IMG/VR virus record: IMGVR_UViG_3300044713_000232
Coordinates: 11,632-75,631 of that record
Reading direction: 5' to 3' (one strand)
Source: a virus
DNA: 64,000 bases
Shown here in pieces: positions 9,537 to 17,621 of the stretch. A program made the position numbers and the translations under genes. The notes beneath the pieces were generated by a model, which saw nothing but the letters and a program-made list of their open reading frames with translations, did no database searches and had not been told where the DNA came from. The number at the start of each line of letters is the position of its first letter. Positions within the stretch are counted from its first letter, which is position 1.

Positions 9537-10003
9537 GGGGTCCTTTCTGAGGAACGTGTTTACCGTTCCGTGACACACGTCTGTACGTACGAAGAGGCGG
9601 AGAAGAGATCGCTTCTGAGGGGTTCCAGTCGTCTCTGGCAATGCGCTGGCGAATCAACGCCGCAGGTACACCTGTTAGCTTAGACCACTGCGAGATTGTT
9701 CTAGTGACACCGTCGACGGTCACGTAGTGATTGGAGCTCTTATTGTTCTGCTGCACTTCGGGGAGAGCCCACCGCACGTTGCCTGGCTCCGATGCGGTCG
9801 ATCTGGTGCCGCGGTGATGGGCGAGGCCCTACAGCAGCAAAGAAGGCCTCGAATGATTCTGCGAAAGATGGGTGCACACTGATATTGACGTAGCGCTCGT
9901 TACCGCGCTCATTCGAGCCCTTCCCGCACCGCCACTTCAACTGCTCCCACGCAGAGTATTCCGGAGACGTGGACATTCCGTGACGAGTATTACCGTGACC
10001 CAT
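9520..10003 (-). pseudogene. Frameshifted HNH homing endonuclease
   Basis: RHGMSTSPEYSAW...QIDRI in one frame continues as EPGNVRWA...VTVDGVTRTISQWS in another. The usual DNxxxY segment is missing at about 9790. Confidence 0.8.
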
Positions 10004-10373
10004 CACCGTTACGCACGGCGCGCCTCGCGGGGGAATCATCGTCCACAGCTATGCAAGCATAATGCCAGCTCAAAAACACGTCTTTGCCGTCAGGGTCTTT
10101 GAACCACTCACGAGGCGCAGCGTCGTTCACCAGCACGCGGTCGCCGGGTATGACTTCCACAGGCCAGAAGCGGCCTTGGTTATCCGTGTTGCCGGGACCG
10201 ACGGCGATGACTGTACCCCAGTGCGCCTTCTTCTTCTCGCCCTTCGATACGTCGCGGGCGGTAGCGGGGATGATGATACCGCCCTTCGTGGTCTCTTGGG
10301 GCTCGTCGGGGCGAATGAGGATGTGGTCCTTGATAGGACGCAGCCTATCGAGGGTGGGTAGCGTCATCGTCAC
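9990..10373 (-). CDS. groES: Co-chaperonin GroES/Cpn10-like protein
   Basis: LRPIKDHILIRP, TKGGIIIP, GTVIAVGPG, PGDRVL. Confidence 0.9.
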   Translation of the reverse strand: MTMTLPTLDRLRPIKDHILIRPDEPQETTKGGIIIPATARDVSKGEKKKAHWGTVIAVGPGNTDNQGRFWPVEVIPGDRVLVNDAAPREWFKDPDGKDVFLSWHYACIAVDDDSPARRAVRNGDGSR

Positions 10374-10636
10374 GGCGTCGACTCTCCGTCGCCACCGCCG
10401 CTGGTGCCGCGCTTGCGATGAGTAGCCTTGCCACCCTTGCGACCGGCTTCGCGCGCCTCTTCGTGTGTAAACTCATGCGCAGTCCCCGCGACGTGTGCCG
10501 CCTTGCCGCCTCTGCGGCTGATCTCGCGGACGAGCGCGGGGTCCATCGCCGCGAATCCGCGGCGCTTCTTCGGGGGAGTGTTGGTGTCGTTGGAGGTGGC
10601 GTCGCCGTTGGCGCCGCCAGAGTTGGTGTCTTGCAT
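10370..10636 (-). CDS. KGG-repeat stress-induced protein
   Basis: RRGFAAMDP...ISRRGGKAAH...HEFTHEEAREAGRKGG. Confidence 0.9.
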   Translation of the reverse strand: MQDTNSGGANGDATSNDTNTPPKKRRGFAAMDPALVREISRRGGKAAHVAGTAHEFTHEEAREAGRKGGKATHRKRGTSGGGDGESTP

Positions 10637-10643
10637 GGGGGAA

Positions 10644-10672
10644 AGCGTAAGCTCACCCCCACGCGAGTGCAA
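10644..10672 (-). promoter_or_regulatory. Sigma70-type promoter, probably leaderless (KGG gene)
   Basis: TTGCAC-N17-TACGCT-N7-ATG. Confidence 0.7.
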
Positions 10673-10683
10673 GTAGCGTCGAG

Positions 10684-10935
10684 CTACTTTTTCTTGAAGC
10701 CGAGCACGGCAGGCTTCGCAGTTGACTTGGCGGCGAGCGCGGCGGTGACGGCGGCGCTGCCCGGCGTCTTCAGCACGGCGAGGGACATGAAGAAGATGGG
10801 CATCACCATGATCAGCACCGTGACGACGTCGAGCTTCTGCCCACTCGCGAGAGCGGCTTGCAGCGCCTTGATGAGCGCCGGCAGGAAGCTACTGAGGAAG
10901 AGCAGGATGTCTTTCCAGTCCAACTTCGCGAGCAT
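10684..10935 (-). CDS. Holin-like two-TM protein
   Basis: 83 aa, two hydrophobic segments, basic C-terminus. Confidence 0.55.
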   Translation of the reverse strand: MLAKLDWKDILLFLSSFLPALIKALQAALASGQKLDVVTVLIMVMPIFFMSLAVLKTPGSAAVTAALAAKSTAKPAVLGFKKK

Positions 10936-10937
10936 GA

Positions 10938-11300
10938 CTACACCTTCTTGCTGGTTCGGCGCCGAGCGCCGTCGTTGCTAAGCAACTCGTCGATCTTACC
11001 TTCGATGCGCGTGACGCGTTCGTCGATACTGCTAGCGAGGCGCTCTACGACTTGGGTGATACTTTTGTGCTCGGCGCGAGCAACTTCCACCTGCCCCTCG
11101 AGCCCCTTGCTCACCAACTCCGCGGCGTGGATACGCTCCTCATGGCGCACTAGCTGCGCCGTCTGCGCCTTTATGGTCTCAGCCTCGGCGGCTCTCACTT
11201 GATCGCGGAGCTTCTCGCGTGAGTGCGCGAGCCCCTGCACCGCCGCTGTGATGAGCGTGAGGAGTAGGGCGGTGAGCCCGATAAAGGCTTCGAGCGTCAT
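10938..11300 (-). CDS. N-terminal TM plus coiled-coil protein (lysis-associated candidate)
   Basis: TM segment then heptad-like region ending VTRIEGKIDELL. Confidence 0.55.
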   Translation of the reverse strand: MTLEAFIGLTALLLTLITAAVQGLAHSREKLRDQVRAAEAETIKAQTAQLVRHEERIHAAELVSKGLEGQVEVARAEHKSITQVVERLASSIDERVTRIEGKIDELLSNDGARRRTSKKV

Positions 11301-11307
11301 GCGGTCC

Positions 11308-12171
11308 TTACCGCCGGCGGCGACGCAGACCTCGGTGGTGCACGACGACGCGCTTACCCTTGTGTTTCTTCAGCCACCACGCGCCGCCCACGATGGCGAC
11401 GGCTGCGGCAGCAGCGCCGCCGAGGATGAGGAGGTTGATCGACGCGGCCGGCGTGCTGGGGGAGGGCCCGGGGCCAGGGCCGGGTGAGGGGCCGGGGCCA
11501 TGCCCGCCGGAACAGCCGGGGGGCGCTCCCGCGCTCAGACTGTTCAACGCCGCCGCCACTGACGGCTCGTAGTTGCCGGTGTTGATAGGGACCTGATTGC
11601 CCGGGTTGGCTGCGTTCCAGGCTGCCTTGAAGGCGTGCACCGCTGAGTTGACGGCGCTGCCGGGTACCGCGACGTCGGCGCAGTAGTTGTTGATGTCGGC
11701 GTTGAGCGCCGAGATGGCGTTGGACGCGAGAGTCGCGAGGCCCGCACCGCCGCCCCCACCGCCGCCGCTCGCTTCCTGCTGGCACGCGCCGACAGCGTCG
11801 GACACGCTGCCCGCGGTGATGACGGCGCCGTCGGGGCAGGTATAGGTGCCGTCACCGTTGTCGACGGGGAGAGAGCTCTGCCCCGCGCCCACGTGCGGAT
11901 GTCGCAACGAGACAGGCGCGCCGCTGTGTACTCGCATGCGTCGGTTGACGGCGGCGAGCCCGATGGCCTCGCTGCGCGCGGCACCCACGCCAGCGCCTAC
12001 GGCGCCTCCGGCGGTGTAGCTGAAGACGCGGCCGTCCTTTTGGCGGAACCAGTAGCGGCCGTGCGCTACGACAGGGCTCGCACCCATGCCGATGACGAGG
12101 GGCTTGCCAGCCTCGGTCTTCGTCGGCACGCTTCCGACGCCGACGTGTTCTTGCCATTTCTGCTGAGTCAT
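11308..12171 (-). CDS. Putative virion membrane protein (possible peptidoglycan-binding-like domain, GP repeat, C-terminal TM, basic tail)
   Basis: AVHAFKAAWN...GNYEPSVAAAL, GPGPSPGPGPGP linker, TM, KKHKGKR...RRRRR. ATGA-coupled start at 12171. Confidence 0.6.
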   Translation of the reverse strand: MTQQKWQEHVGVGSVPTKTEAGKPLVIGMGASPVVAHGRYWFRQKDGRVFSYTAGGAVGAGVGAARSEAIGLAAVNRRMRVHSGAPVSLRHPHVGAGQSSLPVDNGDGTYTCPDGAVITAGSVSDAVGACQQEASGGGGGGGAGLATLASNAISALNADINNYCADVAVPGSAVNSAVHAFKAAWNAANPGNQVPINTGNYEPSVAAALNSLSAGAPPGCSGGHGPGPSPGPGPGPSPSTPAASINLLILGGAAAAAVAIVGGAWWLKKHKGKRVVVHHRGLRRRRR

Positions 12172-12410
12172 TCGCGAGCCGCTCCTCTCATGAGCCATCC
12201 TAGCACGCCCCCAACGAGGAGGCTGCCGATGACGGCACCGCCGGACACGTACGTCGACGATGGCGTCGAGGGCGCCAAGGGCGCGGATGGCACAGTAGCC
12301 GGTGGCGCCGCCGGGGGCGCAGAGGACACCGTCTGCGGCGGGGCCCCGGGCGGCTGCCCTAGAGTCTCGCCCGGGGCACCGGTACCGGTGTGTAGCGCCA
12401 GATTAGCCAC
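12168..12410 (-). CDS. Small Pro-rich protein with C-terminal TM
   Basis: GGAGG before GTG 12410; TM AVIGSLLVGGVLGWLM. Confidence 0.6.
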   Translation of the reverse strand: MANLALHTGTGAPGETLGQPPGAPPQTVSSAPPAAPPATVPSAPLAPSTPSSTYVSGGAVIGSLLVGGVLGWLMRGAARE

Positions 12411-13317
12411 AGGGGCCTCCCGAGGCTCCGAAGAAGCCGCCGTCACTGTCGCACTCGTCGGACTCGTACTCGACGATGAGACTTCCGCCGACGGCCCCGA
12501 TGTAGGCGTTGGGGAAGTTGAGGAGGAACTGCTCCTCAGCGCTGAGACCGTTCGGGAAGAACGTGGAGGGGGGGCTCAGCGCGATACGGGTCGAGGTGTT
12601 CGTCTGGCGCACGCTCGCGAAGAGCGCGTAGATACCGGGGCTGGAGCAGGGGATGTCCAGCGAATCCCAGGCGTGTGAGTCGTCCCAGGGGGTGCTCACA
12701 CCGTAGAAGGTACCGAGGTTCGCGAGAGGCTCGCCCGGGGGACGTCCTTGGGCCGGCGGCACGTAGTCGAGCAAGTCGATGTAGCCGGGGTCGCCCGCGG
12801 CGACGAGCATGGTCTCGTAGAGGAGAGACGACGTATCCGTCCAGCGGTACGCCGTGCCGTCGAGGTTCACGACGGTGCCGTCGTTCTGGTTCACCGGCTT
12901 CGCGACGCCGGCACCTTGGCGCAGCGACTCTTCGGCCGTTGTGGGGATGTACCGAAGGTGCCAGCTCCAGTTGGCGTCAGACAGCGTAAAGGAGGGGTCG
13001 TAGACGGTCTGCCGCACGAAGCGGTTCCCGGTGTCGCTAGTCTGCTCGGCCCAGAGCTGTACGAGGAGCCGGTAGCCCTTGATGCGCGCACAGCCGCCCG
13101 AAGCGCCGACCTTGAAGCTCGCCAGCGCGAAGAGGTATCTGCTTTGCGCGCCGGTGTTCTTCGGCGTCGCACTCGGCAACGACACGGTTGCCAGCGTCGG
13201 CACCTTGAGGCCTAGCGACGCGCCGCCGTTATAGGGATCCGTGCCGATGAACTGCGCCGTCGGATCGAAGCCGTTGCTCTGAATCTCGACGCGACTCTTA
13301 GGGGGCGCCACCTTCAT
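12403..13317 (-). CDS. Putative structural protein (minor capsid/penton candidate)
   Basis: AGGAGG before ATG 13317; beta-strand-like pattern; in an operon with the candidate capsid gene. Function is inferred. Confidence 0.45.
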   Translation of the reverse strand: MKVAPPKSRVEIQSNGFDPTAQFIGTDPYNGGASLGLKVPTLATVSLPSATPKNTGAQSRYLFALASFKVGASGGCARIKGYRLLVQLWAEQTSDTGNRFVRQTVYDPSFTLSDANWSWHLRYIPTTAEESLRQGAGVAKPVNQNDGTVVNLDGTAYRWTDTSSLLYETMLVAAGDPGYIDLLDYVPPAQGRPPGEPLANLGTFYGVSTPWDDSHAWDSLDIPCSSPGIYALFASVRQTNTSTRIALSPPSTFFPNGLSAEEQFLLNFPNAYIGAVGGSLIVEYESDECDSDGGFFGASGGPCG

Positions 13318-13327
13318 GGGGCACCTC

Positions 13328-13945
13328 CTAGCAGTAGATCTCGGTGTAGACTCCCGTGTCGCAACCGAGCGCCTGGAGCGCGTTGAGCGCATCGCCTGAG
13401 GACATCTCGACGAGCTTGGCCCAGTGGGTCGTGCGGCCCTCGAAGACGAACGTGATCTTCACGGGGAAGAACGGTAGCGTCACGTTGGACTGGAAGTCCA
13501 TCCGGATGCCTTGGGTGTTACTGAGTACCCACCCGCACGTCGGGCGCCGAATCTGCGCGATGGGCGTGTAGTTCGGGTAGATGTCGAACCGCGGGGCGCC
13601 GGTGACCTTCAGAGTCGCCTCGAAGTTCGACTGAAGCGAGAAGAAGTAGTCATTCAGGTAGTCGAAGTCGCCCGAGCCGGTATTCTGGTTGTCGACCTGG
13701 TACCGGATGTCGTCGATGATGACGTCCTGAATGAGCTTGACATCCTGCCCCTGGTCCAGCGCGGCGGCCTGACTGGCCGTGCTGAACGTCGCCGCCACGC
13801 GGATGGCGTAGGGTGCCATCGGCACGCCGAGGGCCTTCGCCAGGGCAAGCCGGGGGCTGCCCATCGCGAGCATCTGGCGGATGTCCTCCGTCGAGCAGCA
13901 ACAGCCCGCGGCACCGACCTTGAGACAGTAATCCTTCAGACTCAT
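13328..13945 (-). CDS. Putative structural protein (single jelly-roll candidate)
   Basis: 205 aa with alternating hydrophobic strands (IRMDFQS, VKITFVFEG); directly downstream of the candidate capsid gene. Confidence 0.45.
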   Translation of the reverse strand: MSLKDYCLKVGAAGCCCSTEDIRQMLAMGSPRLALAKALGVPMAPYAIRVAATFSTASQAAALDQGQDVKLIQDVIIDDIRYQVDNQNTGSGDFDYLNDYFFSLQSNFEATLKVTGAPRFDIYPNYTPIAQIRRPTCGWVLSNTQGIRMDFQSNVTLPFFPVKITFVFEGRTTHWAKLVEMSSGDALNALQALGCDTGVYTEIYC

Positions 13946-13967
13946 GCTTTGCCTTCGGCTTTTCCGC

Positions 13968-14026
13968 CGTCGACAGCAGCGTCAACTACCCGCCGCTGTC
14001 GACGACGGGCGACACGGATGTCGCCC
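13968..14026 (-). promoter_or_regulatory. Two tandem intergenic hairpins after the candidate capsid gene
   Basis: Stem 14007-14014/14019-14026 with a UCCG loop on the minus strand, and stem 13968-13977/13995-14004. Confidence 0.65.
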
Positions 14027-14041
14027 GCCGGAGATGCTGGC

Positions 14042-15337
14042 TTACGAAGCCCAGCCGACCGCGCAACCGCACTCGGAGCAGATCTGAGCCTGGAGGACGG
14101 CGTCCCCCTTGATCTGGTCCGCGAGAGGCTCCGTGATCTCGTACCCTTTGATCTCGACGCTCATGAGGCCCGTTCCGCCCTTGAACACGTAGTGCTCCGT
14201 GTTCTGGGTCTGGAGCACGTCGACGTTGTCCGCCGAGAGCTCGTCGAACGTCGCGCCCGCGCCCTGCGCGATGAGCGCCTGGCTCGGCGTGATGGCGTAG
14301 GGCGGGGTGCCGCCGAAGCCGCCGGTCGCGTCGAACTGCTGACGGAAGAGCGCCACTTCCGCGTTGTTGTTGTTGGCCTCGAAGATGAGACCCGGCGGAA
14401 CGCCCGGCTTCAGGATGTACGGCTGCTCGAGGGTACGGAACTCCGAGTTGCCCTTGAGCATGCTGCGGAGGTCCATGCCGCCGTACGTCGCGTCGACGAT
14501 GACGTCGTCGAAGGGGCGGAACTTGCCCTGGGTCTCCGTCGAGGTCGTCTGCGCACCGAGGGTGCCGACGCGCACGAGGTTCTGCCAGAGGAAGATCTTG
14601 TTGCCGCCGATCTTCGTCGGGTCCGTGTAGCGGGCGTTGACCCGGTTCACGAAGTCGACGATCGACACCTGGCTCGAGGACGCGCTGCCTTCCTGCGCCG
14701 CGGGCGGGGTGTAGGCGGTGTCACGGAGCTGCTCGTCCATGATGTTGATGAGCGAACCGTAGGTCCACCGCAGGTTGTAGCCTCGGGCGAGGTGCCAGAA
14801 GCCGTAGTTGACCCACCAGCCCCACTGGAGGAGGGCTCGCCGCATGTTGGCCTGGACCTGCGGCGCGGACTGGGTAGCGCCGCCGTAGACGAGGTTCGTC
14901 TGGTCGTTGACGCTGTAGTTGTCCGGGCTGTTCGGCATCGCGATGGACGACCCGGGGGTCGGGATCGCGTTGCCCTGCGCCGTCCAGCACATGGGCTCCG
15001 GCTCGAGGTGGACGCCGATGGCGCACGCGAGGACGTACGTCTGGAACTCGCCGTTGATGAGACCATCGGTCGAGTAGACGTTGTCGACGCCGTTGGGCGA
15101 GGTCCCGGAACCCAGAAGCGAGATCTGGTTGCCGAGGGTCTGCGTCACGGCGGCGTTGGTGATGGGTCCCTCGAACTCCCACTGCACCTTGGCCACCGTC
15201 GGCAAGGCGTAGATGGGACAGCTCGTCGCGCTCTTCATGAGAGCGACGATGTCAGCGTTGGGGGTGCCCTGCCCCAGCCCGGCCCCGAGGGTGAGGCGCG
15301 GGTTCTTCTGATTGGGCCTACGAATCATCTGCGGCAT
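14042..15337 (-). CDS. Candidate major capsid protein (possibly double jelly-roll)
   Basis: 431 aa, soluble, beta-rich, strong C/G third-position bias, followed by hairpins, central in the structural operon. The fold is not confirmed. Confidence 0.45.
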   Translation of the reverse strand: MPQMIRRPNQKNPRLTLGAGLGQGTPNADIVALMKSATSCPIYALPTVAKVQWEFEGPITNAAVTQTLGNQISLLGSGTSPNGVDNVYSTDGLINGEFQTYVLACAIGVHLEPEPMCWTAQGNAIPTPGSSIAMPNSPDNYSVNDQTNLVYGGATQSAPQVQANMRRALLQWGWWVNYGFWHLARGYNLRWTYGSLINIMDEQLRDTAYTPPAAQEGSASSSQVSIVDFVNRVNARYTDPTKIGGNKIFLWQNLVRVGTLGAQTTSTETQGKFRPFDDVIVDATYGGMDLRSMLKGNSEFRTLEQPYILKPGVPPGLIFEANNNNAEVALFRQQFDATGGFGGTPPYAITPSQALIAQGAGATFDELSADNVDVLQTQNTEHYVFKGGTGLMSVEIKGYEITEPLADQIKGDAVLQAQICSECGCAVGWAS

Positions 15338-15388
15338 GTTTCTTTTCTCTTTGCTTCAGGCGCCACTACGCGCGCTTTGCCTGTTGCG

Positions 15389-17068
15389 TTATTCGCCGAC
15401 CACTCGGCGGATGTTGGGATTGTAAAGAGGCCGGATGACGCCGGACGAACCGGCTCCCGAGCCAAGAGGGGCGCCACGGAGGGAGCCCGGAGGAGGTGCC
15501 GCCGTTGCGGGCGGATTGCCCGGGGGCGTGAAGACGTTCGGGGGCTTCATGACGCCAGGGCTAGGAGGTGAAGGCGGAGACTCGCCGGGCGGAACGAACG
15601 GGTTGGGGGCCGGAGCCGTCTGAGGCACGCCACCCGCGCGCTGCGCCGTACCCTGCTGCACCTGAGCCAGAGTGGTTCCGGCGCAGCAAGCGCCGACGCC
15701 CGTCTGGCAGTTGGTGCACTGGCACCCGGAGCCCATGAGGCCGACCGAGACGCCGCCCGCCGACGGAGCGGCGAGCTGTGCGGGCGCGCTCGAAGGCGTG
15801 AGCACCGACTGCGCACTGACCTCGGGCATGAAGAGTCGCTGCCCGAAGGGTGCGTTGTTGCGGAGCAGGTATGCGACGCCGTCTGAGAGCACCTTTCCGC
15901 CCGTGCGCATCAGCGCGCCGAAGCCGAAGAACTGGACGCAAGAGCGCAAAGACGAGCTCTCGATCATCCCGCCCGCGGCGAGCGGCACGACACCGAGGCC
16001 GAGGCCCGCGGCGAGGCGCATCCACTGTCCCGCACCCCACATGGGGCCGATGACGTAGGTGGGGTTGAGGTGGCCGTTGGCGCCCGGGTCGACGTAGATC
16101 TCGTTGCCCGAGCTATCCTTGGCGCCGGTGTCCTTGAGCGCGTGCGTCGCGAGCAGACGATCGACGACTTCGGCAGCGCCGAACCCGACGAGACCGCACA
16201 CGCCGCCGAGCACGCCATCCATCAAGCTGATGGGGTTCTCCATCGCGCCTCGGCGAGAGTGCCGGTGGCGACGGTGGCGACGGGGTGCCTCGTGGCTGCG
16301 GTGGCCGCGCACGTAGACGCGCTTACGGCTGCCACGGCTCTTCTTGCGGTAATAACCGCGCACGGAGTGCTTGTGGTGACCGGGCCGGCGGCGCTTGCTG
16401 CTACGGCGCCGCTTGACGGAGCCACGGCGCCTGCGACGACGCGGGGCCTCAACCGCATGAGCGGCGTGCTTACGGCGGCGCTTGCCACCCTTGCGGCGAC
16501 GCTTGCGCGGGGCTTCCCACGCCGACGTCATGCCGTGGCTCTGCGAACCCCGACCGAGGCGGCGCTTGCGGGTGCGGGCAGCCTTACGGCCAGCCGCCAC
16601 GCGTTTGGCGCTCTTGCGGTGATGAACCGCGTGCTTGCGCGGCTTCCGACAGCGCCTCCGGCCCCGCGGGCTCTTCAGCTTCCCGTTCTTACAGCTACGC
16701 TTACGCTTTCGCGCCATGGTCGAGGACTCCCTTGAGCGGTGCTTCTTGCTCCGGTTTCTCCGACGAGGCTTCTCCCCTGCACGGTGAGAAGTGTGCACTG
16801 TCTTACGCGCCCGTGTCAAGCGACGCGTACGTTTTTTCTCAGAAGCGCCTCGGCGCTTAGCGCGCCTCTTCTTCGCAGCGTTGCAAACGGCCCAAGGATT
16901 GGCTTTCTTGCCGCGACGCTTGTTGGAGCGCTTTACACCCTTGACACAGCGCTCGAACTTCTTGCGACTCCACGGCTTTTTGCCTTTGGAGCGCTTGGCG
17001 CGTCGACGCTTACTTGCTGCGGACACTTCGTCCTCCTCGCGCTGCATGTAATCAATATAGTCAGGCAT
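15389..17068 (-). CDS. Arg/Lys-rich protamine-like protein with hydrophobic C-terminal half
   Basis: About 275 aa of R/K/H tracts, then Gly-rich hydrophobic helices, a Cys cluster and a Pro-rich tail. Confidence 0.75.
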   Translation of the reverse strand: MPDYIDYMQREEDEVSAASKRRRAKRSKGKKPWSRKKFERCVKGVKRSNKRRGKKANPWAVCNAAKKRRAKRRGASEKKRTRRLTRARKTVHTSHRAGEKPRRRNRSKKHRSRESSTMARKRKRSCKNGKLKSPRGRRRCRKPRKHAVHHRKSAKRVAAGRKAARTRKRRLGRGSQSHGMTSAWEAPRKRRRKGGKRRRKHAAHAVEAPRRRRRRGSVKRRRSSKRRRPGHHKHSVRGYYRKKSRGSRKRVYVRGHRSHEAPRRHRRHRHSRRGAMENPISLMDGVLGGVCGLVGFGAAEVVDRLLATHALKDTGAKDSSGNEIYVDPGANGHLNPTYVIGPMWGAGQWMRLAAGLGLGVVPLAAGGMIESSSLRSCVQFFGFGALMRTGGKVLSDGVAYLLRNNAPFGQRLFMPEVSAQSVLTPSSAPAQLAAPSAGGVSVGLMGSGCQCTNCQTGVGACCAGTTLAQVQQGTAQRAGGVPQTAPAPNPFVPPGESPPSPPSPGVMKPPNVFTPPGNPPATAAPPPGSLRGAPLGSGAGSSGVIRPLYNPNIRRVVGE

Positions 17069-17132
17069 TAGGCTCAGCTCGCACCTTGTGTCTGCAAGGC
17101 GCAGCGTAGCGCGTTACACGCCTGGCGTCGAC

Positions 17133-17609
17133 TTACGGAGCGACGAGACCGCGGTCGTCGAGGTGACACCAATCGGGCAGCTCGAGGCGATACGCCTTCT
17201 CTGCGCCGGTGCCACGGCTGTATAGAACTGCATCGCCGGAGCGAAACAGCGACGCGAGACTGCGCTTGCCGAAGGTGTGCTTGAAGTCGCCGGGGTAGCG
17301 CGTGCCGTCACGGTAGTACCAGATACGGCGCACGAAGCCGACGCGATGCCACTGACAGAGATCCGACGGCGGTGTGTCGACTGCGCCGCGATGCAGCTTG
17401 TGCCCCTTGCCGAAGTAGTCGACTGCTTCACTATCAGCTGTCTCATAAGGCGCGTCAGAGTGCGTGAAGCGCATCACGAGAAGGCTGCAACGGGGCCACA
17501 AGGCGCCTTCGGGGTCGTGGAGCATTGCCGCGTCGGGGTGCGGCAAGACGTCGCGCCCGTCGTGCATCTCAAACAAGATGTCGAAGCCTTTAGCGATGAG
17601 GCGCGCCAC
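17133..17609 (-). CDS. Hypothetical protein
   Basis: GAGG before GTG; globular composition. Confidence 0.7.
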   Translation of the reverse strand: MARLIAKGFDILFEMHDGRDVLPHPDAAMLHDPEGALWPRCSLLVMRFTHSDAPYETADSEAVDYFGKGHKLHRGAVDTPPSDLCQWHRVGFVRRIWYYRDGTRYPGDFKHTFGKRSLASLFRSGDAVLYSRGTGAEKAYRLELPDWCHLDDRGLVAP

Positions 17610-17621
17610 GACGGTTACCTC

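Noticed and set aside
13511-15571. 686-aa plus-strand ORF and many other long antisense ORFs
   Set aside because: These are shadow frames of GC-rich minus-strand genes, with no motifs or RBS.
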